A stretch of DNA of 62,660 nucleotides, filler included, from Narcine bancroftii (taxonomy: Eukaryota): NCBI RefSeq assembly GCF_036971445.1. It is 2 parts of one record of this genome, joined end to end, with 100 filler letters (N's around TTAATTAATTAA, not from the genome) between each part and the next. Parts side by side here need not be neighbours in the genome. Positions count along the whole stretch, not along the records: positions 31,510 to 62,660 come from NC_091476.1; 1 more part is not named here. One strand, given 5' to 3'. The position numbers and the translations under genes were made by a program. Shown here piece after piece: positions 54,348-62,660 of this stretch (its first letter is position 1; each line of letters starts with the position of its first letter). Below the pieces are notes generated by a model that was not told the origin of the DNA, searched no databases, and saw nothing but the letters and a program-made list of their open reading frames with translations.

Positions 54348-54607
54348 CTAAAAAAAATTGAAAAGTACCAGGGAAAGAACTGATGTCATTGACAAGTACA
54401 GAGAAAACACTTCCTTGCATCTATATTTACTCCAAGTGCTTCACAGAACTGATATTACAGACAAAATGTGAAATGCATTAAAAAGCTTTACAACAGGCAA
54501 TATAACAAAGGAGGAATTCAAGGTCTTGTGAAGCCAATGATATTGCAAACAAACTTGGTGCCCAGAATTAAAGGAAAAAGTTTTATGGCTGCAGAATACC
54601 CTTGAAT

Positions 54608-55592
54608 CAGGGTGGCCAAGCTATGGCCCTGGGCCAACTGCAGCCTATTTTTGTAGCCTGGGATGAATTTTAAAAATAAAATGGAATATGGTCTGTTAGA
54701 ACATAGATTAAAGGTTCTCAACCTTTTTCTTTCCACTCACATACCACTATGCCATCAGTGCTCTGATTAGAAAAGGATTGCTTGAAGGTTGAGAATCACT
54801 GCTCTAGACTCTTGTTACTGAAATATTTTGCTTGAGAAAAATTGTCATTAGCCCATTTCCTTTGGAGTTTTGGAACTGTGCACATAATGAGTCAATTAGG
54901 TACAATTAAAAGTGGTTTTCAAACTACCACCTTAAGCAATCCCTTACTAATCATGGAGCACCTTTGGCATGGGGAATACTTAGTGGTATGCAAGCAGAAA
55001 GAAAAAGGTTGAGAACCACTGATGTAGACAAAATAAACTGTACTTGGTTTCATCACTAGATGTCAGTGATTAAACAATTACTAGACTAACTTCTGCAATG
55101 TTAATCAATGGAAACAACCACAGTTGATTAAACATCGCAGAAGCGAAAAGACAAGGAGGGAAAATCAATATGCCGGCCCCAGAAGTCAAGGGGAATTGTT
55201 TTTGATTTATAAGGGACCTTAACTTAGCCTATCTATAAATTTATAGATCATAATCGTCAAGGTGGTATTCATTGAGAGTTGTGGAGAAAAGTTGGGAGAT
55301 TGCATTGAGCTTTTTTGATCTTTTCCCCTGTAATTTTGCACTGTATTTCGAGGAGAGTTTTACTGTAATAATATACATTTTAAGAGCAGAAATGCATATA
55401 CTGTAATGTGAACACATCAATAAACTACGATATGTCAACAGTTAAACCGTTCAGAAGCATTGTATAGTTATTTTGATAGCACAGGTTTCTGGTCTAAAAA
55501 CACTTTTTTGCAGTGTAATTGGTTGAAAATTGTCAGGGTTATATATTGTTTGACCCATTACTCCTTATTTTTCTATATGTGGCCCACCCCTG
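54608..55592. mobile_element. Non-autonomous hAT transposon with a nested hAT MITE (54709-55021)
   Basis: TIRs CAGGGTGGCC/GGCCCACCCCTG; perfect 8-bp TSD CCTTGAAT; nested element ends GGTTGAGAACCACTG with decayed TSD ACATAGAT/ATGTAGAC. Confidence 0.85.
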
Positions 55593-56079
55593 CCTTGAAT
55601 AATCTGAAAAGTTTTATTTTAAGAGTTGAGTGATTGGTGTTGCAGGACTTTACTGGTCTAATCTATATGCTTTAACAGTTAAAAATGCCATTAATCAAAT
55701 CCACAACTTTTTAAAAACTATATTGGCCAATTCAATTATCATCCAATATTTTTGCCTCGGTAACTGGTTACAAAATATTGAATCTGCAATTTGTTTTAAC
55801 ACCCAAGTTACTGAATTGCTGAGAACAAAAAAAACTGAACTTTCAAGTTGTTGCAGCATAGAAAGCTTATGCCCGCAACTCTAGAAAAATCTAGACAAGT
55901 TTCATTTCCCCTACAGGCCACAATTGACTTCAAATATTTATTGAAATCTTTTCATAACATCAGTAGTTAATTAGCAGTTCTCCATGACAATCTGGCACAA
56001 AAATAAATGCTGGTCTTGCTATTGCTGCTCAAATCACCAGAATTAAAAAAAGTGCTCAGTCAGAATGTCAAGCACATAC

Positions 56080-56169
56080 TTTGTTGGAGGAACTCTTCAT
56101 AAGAAGGTCCTATTGGTTTTGATGCAGTATCTGGATCCTCCTCATCAAGAAGCCAGGGTGGTATTGCAC
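56080..56169 (-). CDS. CENATAC: CENATAC exon 9
   Basis: 90 nt; AIPPWLLDEEDPDTASKPIGPSYEEFLQQ (human ATPPWM...IGPSYEEFLKE). Confidence 0.94.
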
Positions 56170-56766
56170 CTGAAGTCAGATGTAGAATACATTAATGTTC
56201 AATCACTAATGCAAGGTTTTAAATGGAATATGGTCATGCATAACAAAATCAGTTAAGTGGGTAGGGTAATTTGTATTTATGATATCCACAATTAATGAAT
56301 TAGCTGCTCACAGATAAAAGACATGGACTGTAGAGGATTAGTCGAACCATAAGAGGGAAGAAATTAGACAATTCCAAAAGAAAATAACCAAATAAAAAAA
56401 TATTTAGTTCTTAAAGAGTTAATTTACAAATTCAAGTCAACTCCATTTTACACACTGCAAATCAAAGAACTGCAATGTACAGCATGCTGATGGTGGGGGG
56501 TGGGGGAGTTGAAAAGGGGTGGTCAGGTAGCATTTGTTTCTCTTTACAGATGGACCTGGCCTGCTGAGTTATTTTTACTGTATTTTACAGTTTTAAAATA
56601 ATCACAGATGAGTAATAACCTGTTTAATAACTTGTCCTGCTTGGAAGTATTTGTTCACAGGCTATCACTATCCTCCCTGCAGATTATAATCATTTTTTTG
56701 ACCAAGTCGTTAAATTGTACCCTACAAGATTACAGAATATTAAAAATCAACAAAGTAAATAATCAC

Positions 56767-56800
56767 CTGTATGTATATTCCCAGCTTCTGATTTGGATAT
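56767..56800 (-). CDS. CENATAC: CENATAC exon 8
   Basis: 34 nt; ISKSEAGNIHTG (human GNIHSG motif); CAG/GT flanks. Confidence 0.88.
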
Positions 56801-58628
56801 CTGGAACTAAAAAGTCAACAAAACATTAGGTGAAAGTTCTAAACTAAACTAACATAGCTATAACTTGAAAATTTATGAAACTTTGAGTTTATTCCAAATC
56901 AATAAATAGCAAAAACATTCATAAATTTATATGGATAATAGAGGTATTAGTTTTCAAATCCACATGACCACACTTCAAAAGTCGGTTACATTTATATTCA
57001 CTCACTCCACATCAAATGCAATTTGTGAAGATTTTCAACACTCAAAATTGCTGACCAAAATTAATTCGCAAAAGTCTAAAAATGTTCCTTTCCTTTAAAG
57101 AGAATTGTTGATCTATTTATTTTCAGAAATACAACTTTAAACTGGAGTAATTTTCCACAAACATTTTTAAAAGCCAGAAAATAATTGGTTTATGCTTAGG
57201 ATTGGAATGCTGATAACAGAACAATCAAGAGCAGTATATTTGATCATTAGGGCTTGTTCTGCCATTCATCAAGATCATGGCCAATCTTCTACCCAATTGC
57301 TATTTGTTTTATTATCTTCTCATCCTTGGATTTCCTTAATATCCAGAACTACATTCATTTCTGCTATGAATAAATGCAATGACTAAGCCTCCACAGCCCT
57401 GTGTTGGATAATTCCAAACATTCAACAATCTTTGAATTTAAATTAAATTTAGACATACAGTATGATAACAAGCCCTTCTGGCTCAAGAGCCCATGCCGCC
57501 CAAATATCCCAATTAATCTATAACCCTTTAAGTTTCTGAAGAGTGGGAGGCAACCTATGCAAACAGAACATACAAACTCCTTAGAGAGCACCAGATTGGA
57601 ACTTGGGTCTCTGGAGCTGCAAGTCATGCTAACCGACCGAGCTGCCCTCTTAGCTAACAGCACGTTCCTTATAATCTTTGATTTTAAATTCCTTAACCAG
57701 AGGAAACATCCTCCCTGTATCGTGCCCATTGAAACTTAACATTTTTCCAGAGCTCAACAAAATGTACAATAAATCTCATTCCAATAAACACTACAGGATA
57801 TACACCAGTCTACCTCATCTCTTCCAATTATGTTATTCCTGAAATGCATTTACAGAATCTTCACAGCACTTCTCTGGCAAACACCCTTTTTACACAAGGT
57901 CAAAAGTACACAATACTTAATGTAATTTCAACAAGAACCCATATAATAAGGACCAATATACCATTTACCTTCCTAATCACCTACTACATCTGGATGATGT
58001 TTTCAATGACTCATCCACTACCACATCTTGCTCAATCTCTCACCATGTGAATACTCCTTTCTCCCCAACCATCCCACCCCCTTCCCTCACCCCCCATATT
58101 AAACTGTATGAGCATCTTCCTGGTTTTCAGCACCCCAAGAAGGATTCAGGCCTTTTGCTGTCGATGGATGCTACATGACCTCCTGAATTTCTTTTGAGGA
58201 CTACGTGTACTGTATTTTCATACAACCTTCCAATTCAAGTGGGCTCATTGGCAAAAACCAGCGAGCTGGCACAACATTGTATTCCTTATTCCCTTGAAAT
58301 AATCATCTTTGAAAGCCAAGAACATCAAGAATGGGTTGCAAATTTCCCTTCAATCCCAGTGTAAATGAGTAATTCACTTCCACTGTCCAATGGAATTGAA
58401 TTAGGTATAGCAACTTTGGCCACAGTACAGTTTATATTTAATATCTATAAGTGCTAGAAAACTCAGCAGGTCCTGCAGCATCCATAGGAGGCAAAGATAC
58501 ACTGTACAACCAACATTTTGGGCCTCAGCCCTTCATCAAGATTATATCAGTGTATTTGATGGTGAAATACTACACTGTCTACGAAGTATTAGCACTTGGT
58601 TGAAATTTACTGCATGCGGGCACATCAC

Positions 58629-58740
58629 CTGGTTACCAATGAAAGTCAAGGTCTGTCCATTTGTCATATTGCCAGAATGACCAGTGTAATTCACTCCACT
58701 TGACCCAGGTTCCATTGCTTCAGCGTTGTTGCTTCCGAGA
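58629..58740 (-). CDS. CENATAC: CENATAC exon 7
   Basis: 112 nt; ends NGQTLTFIGNQ (human GPSLTFIGHQ). Confidence 0.9.
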
Positions 58741-59746
58741 CTTGCAAAGAAATAAATATATTCTGTAAAATATGCTATTCTCTTTTCCTTAACTGAGATT
58801 AATAATTTTGGGGGAGTGGGAAGCATTTATACATACTTGCAGCAGTACCAGGCTATTAGGCCTAAGCTTGACTGCTATGGGCAATCAATATCAGCAAATG
58901 AAAGAAATCAAGAATCTATCAGAACATTTTTATTTTCACCACTTCTATCAACCCTCTGGAATTAACTACCAGATCACTAAGTATTCTCAGCAGCCTTTTT
59001 CATGCTAAAGTTGATTTTAAAAAAGTTTGCTGCATAGTTCCTTTCCCAAGAGCTTTCATCCCCCACTGATATAAGTTTTCCTTCTGCTCTGATAATCTAG
59101 ATGTGCCTTTGTTGGGACAAGAGGATCACAACAGTGAATGAAGATCATTTTTAATATCATGAGTCTTTAAAGTTCAGGTAATAGGGAAACTGGTACTCCC
59201 AAGACTATACAAGGAATATAGCAACACAATCAGACCATTTCTCTCATTAAGCCTCTTCCATCATGGATAACTTGTGACTGAACATCAGAATACCAATCTT
59301 TGTCCCCATCTCAGATTCTGATTGATCAAATGTTATCAGTTCAAAAGCAAGTTTAGGGAGGAATTCCATCCCAGAAGATTCTCCAGGCACTATAAATAAT
59401 CTGGGATGATTGTCAAATTTAGGATTAAACCAATTACGCTTGATTTATATTACTACATCACAGCCAGCAATCATCCAACATGTTAATGTCATCCCAGACA
59501 GGAAGAATCTTTACGTTTGAGTTTTGATTATCAGCAAATAGTTGAAAGGAGAACGCTACACCAGAGATCCCGAACCCGTTCTTCTTCATTTTATACTTTC
59601 TCAAAATGGGTGATCAGGAGTGAGACCTTTCTTTTTTTTTAAATCGTTCCAAAGCCATTTGTTGTTTTTGATGAAAACTGCTCACAGGCAGAAGTCTGTG
59701 ACAATTTAAACAGTTCTATAAGAAAACAAAAGCAAAATATTCTTAC

Positions 59747-59808
59747 CCATCATAATGATTGGCTGCTAACACTGGGAGTCCATCGAGAGAATTCGGCTCT
59801 GTCTGTGG
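59747..59808 (-). CDS. CENATAC: CENATAC exon 6
   Basis: 62 nt, CAG/GTAAG; PQTEPNSLDGLPVLAANHYD (human exon starts PQAVPDP); phases fit exons 5 and 7. Confidence 0.8.
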
Positions 59809-60192
59809 CTGGTTTTGATTCAGGAAAAATCAATATTTCTTCTTACAGCTTAAAATACTATGTTAAGATGACTACTACACGAGAGAAGGTTAATAAACCA
59901 AATTTTGGATCTGCAAAATACTCTGCAGATTTCATGCATTCACAATAGCGGTCTACATAATTAATATTTTGTTTAATTGTCCCAGATTAGAACAATCTTT
60001 GAGATTAATTCACCACACATTCTACATTACGTGAACACTCCTTGCACTGTGTAGATATCAACCTTGTTGCTAGGAATTCATTCTCAATTGCATTGTCAGA
60101 TTTAGGACTGGACACATCAGCCCCTTTCATGCATACCAGACAGTCCAATGGTCCAACTGAGAGACATTTGCAACACAAAGATGTAAATACAG

Positions 60193-61040
60193 CAGGGGTT
60201 GCCAAACTACGGCCCATTGCCCATTTTTAAGTGGCCCAGGATGAATTTTAAAAAATAAAATGGAAAATGGCTCATTAGAAATAGTCTTTAACAATAAACT
60301 GCACTGCATGTACACTGCACTTAGTTTCAACACTAGATGTTGCTGCCATTTTGAACAACTACTAGACTGACCATTACAATGTTATTCATCAATAAAAATG
60401 TTTCCCTCAGTTGATTAAACATGGCAGAACTAAAAAAAACAGAAAATAGCAAGGGAGTGCCAAGAATTTCAGACACAGTAGAAAAATAAATGTGTTTGAC
60501 TTGCAAGGAATCTGTTAACTTTAATAGCTTATCTTCAACAGCTAACTACAGATTTACACATTGTATCATAATCATTAAGGTGGACACTTGGGACTATAAA
60601 ATATATTCAATGAGAGTTTTGGAGGGATGTTGGAAACTGCCTTGTCCCTTGTTCTTTTTTTTGTGGTCTTATTTTGCACCCAGCCTTTTATTTTGCCTTG
60701 CTTTTTGAATGAGTTTTAAAAAGTATTCATTTAAATTAAAAATCAATACAGAAATATATGAACCTATCAATAAACTTTTGTGATATCAACAGTTAAACTG
60801 TTCAGTAGTGTTGCAAGTTATTTTGACAGAAAATTAATTTTCAATGGCACTGGGGTTTTCTGGTCTAAGAACAGTTTTTCTTACAATGTAACTGGTTGAA
60901 AACTGCCAGGCTTGATATAATTTGGCTCGAGACTTCTTATATTTTTCTTTGTGACCCACAACCAAAAAAGGTTTGGCCACCCCTGATGTAAACCCTCCAC
61001 TCTTTGTGACCCACAACCAAAAAAGGTTTGGCCACCCCTG
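60193..61040. mobile_element. Second copy of the same hAT family; right end duplicated by a 55-bp tandem repeat (60946-61055)
   Basis: CAGGGGTTGCCAAAC...GTTTGGCCACCCCTG; interior similar to 54608-55592. Confidence 0.8.
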
Positions 61041-62512
61041 ATGTAAACCCTCCACTCTTAAATGCAAAAAAAGTCTAAACTCCTACTTGAAATGTGTAAC
61101 AAATGAAATGCAAATCCAAGGCAATTTGGGTCAGGTATTTAGAATCATATAATCAATAGTAAATTCAGGGCAGTAGATTGGCAGCCAAAAACAATCAATT
61201 TTGCATTGTTTCCCCAAACTTAAAAACTTGTGTTTCAATGCAAGACCTTAGCAAATATTTATATTTTATGATGACCAATTGCAACAAGTATAATGTTATT
61301 TTTATGGATTACTATAGTTATATCACTAGGTCTTTCTTTATGTAACAGAGAGGACATGCATTATACTGTTCCAAACACCATACAAAAAAAAACTGACGGA
61401 AAACACAATGTCTATAAAGTTTGATCAACATCTAAATACATTTGTTTAAAAAAAACAGGTAGACTGATCTGTGTAACAACTCTCAAAAATGTAGATTTGG
61501 AATCAACCTTCTAGCTGTAATGAAGGATATTGTTTCAGTAACTACTCTGCTATTGTTAAATCTCTCTTATTTCAACCAATCCATTTTCATTGTGCTTAAT
61601 GCGATGAATCCTAAATACAATCAATTCAGGATGCTTGATTTTGAAACCAAAGGCGAAAACTTGGAACAACCAGTATAGAAGAACGAAACATCATTTGCAA
61701 ATTTTCTTGATCAAATGTACACAGATAGGATGGAATCCATACAAACTGCAAACACATTTAAGGTAAATTGTCCCAATGCACAGGGGCCATCTGTTTGAAA
61801 TCCATTTCGCTTTGCGTTTCCTACAAACTTATGCGGGATGAAGTATTGTATGGATGATAGCCATTGTATTAAGAAGAGAAAAAAAAATCAAAAGATAGCA
61901 ATTAGAGGAAACCAAAGTATTTTTTAAAAAAAAAGCAATTTAGCTGTTAAGAGTTTCCCTTCTTCCTGGAGATTTTTCCTTAAACATTTGCTCTATCTTT
62001 GTCCAACTTTGTGGGTTTTTTTTCTGGTAGTTGAGACATCAGGTCAGAATCATCTCAGTTTGGTGGGAATAGAGTGCAGAACATTGTCACTTTAGATTTT
62101 CAGTTCCATGTGGCAGGATAGATCCCACAGTACTGTCTCACCCAAGTAGGTAAATTCTGTAATAGTTCCCTAGTGGAGCAGTGCCATGTCAAATCAAACC
62201 TTGCCCTCACATAACATCAAGATACGAGAAATTCGAGGTAGGAGCATGGGTGGACAGCAATAATCTCAGTTCCTTGGGCTTTATGCTGAACCCTTCATGA
62301 CCTCAGGAGGTCAACTTCACTGATGCCCCAAGGAAGAAGAGTTAAAATAGCACTTGGACTCAAACATACTACATCTTACAGCTCAACTCCACACTAACAT
62401 CGCTGATAAACAATTTAGGTCTGTCAGGATCATTGTATAATTTATAGATCAATTGATATAAAATACGACAGTTGCCATGGATACGGTTCAGGGTCATCCA
62501 GGTAAAACCAAC

Positions 62513-62575
62513 CTCAACGGCAGCCTGCACCACCTCTTGCCTTCTCCGATCCATTTCTCGAAAGAATTCTGCCTC
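62513..62575 (-). CDS. CENATAC: CENATAC exon 5
   Basis: 63 nt, TAG/GTTGGT; EAEFFREMDRRRQEVVQAAVE (human [21 protein letters not shown]); phase-compatible with exon 4. Confidence 0.9.
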
Positions 62576-62660
62576 CTATAAAAATGTAGGAAATGACAAA
62601 GGTGTAAAACTCAAGAGACTAGAATAGAAAAAAATGTCCCAATTTGCAAGCCGTTACACA

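Noticed and set aside
60005-60217. Cys-rich ORF, possibly joined to an acceptor at ~59717 as a zinc-finger exon pair
   Set aside because: CENATAC exons 5, 6 and 7 join in phase without it, it partly overlaps a hAT end, and I recognise no homology.
62369-62512. ORF extension VGFTWMTLNRIHG...SCKM suggesting a separate gene
   Set aside because: It is intron 5 read-through after CENATAC exon 5; homology ends at QAAVE.

Overview
This is eukaryotic (vertebrate) genomic DNA. The HE1/V-SINE, CR1, Rex1 and Penelope repeats suggest a cartilaginous fish (inference). It is two ~31-kb segments joined by an artificial 100-nt linker (N44-TTAATTAATTAA-N44, 31410-31509). Three genes can be rebuilt exon by exon: TRAPPC4 (- strand, 5 exons, 219 aa), RPS25 (+ strand, 4 coding exons plus a 3'UTR exon, 124 aa, 5'TOP motif) and CENATAC/CCDC84 (- strand, 11 exons, 342 aa, a minor-spliceosome protein). 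CENATAC exons 1-4 lie at the left end and exons 5-11 at the right end, so the segments are very likely in swapped order; swapping them restores the human-like TRAPPC4<-RPS25-><-CENATAC arrangement. Main points of interest: (1) U12-type splice signals in CENATAC intron 5 that would give frameshifted, NMD-type mRNA, a candidate autoregulatory switch; (2) a 5'-truncated L1 with an 11-bp TSD between two oppositely oriented G-rich minisatellites; (3) an unidentified candidate + strand gene divergent from CENATAC; (4) a hairpin-forming hAT MITE in the TRAPPC4 3'UTR; (5) abutting RPS25 and CENATAC 3' ends; (6) many Penelope-derived hammerhead-like motifs. Most long ORFs in the supplied track are repeat artefacts. 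Repeat boundaries without a TSD are approximate, and all gene identities come from recalled protein sequences, not database searches.
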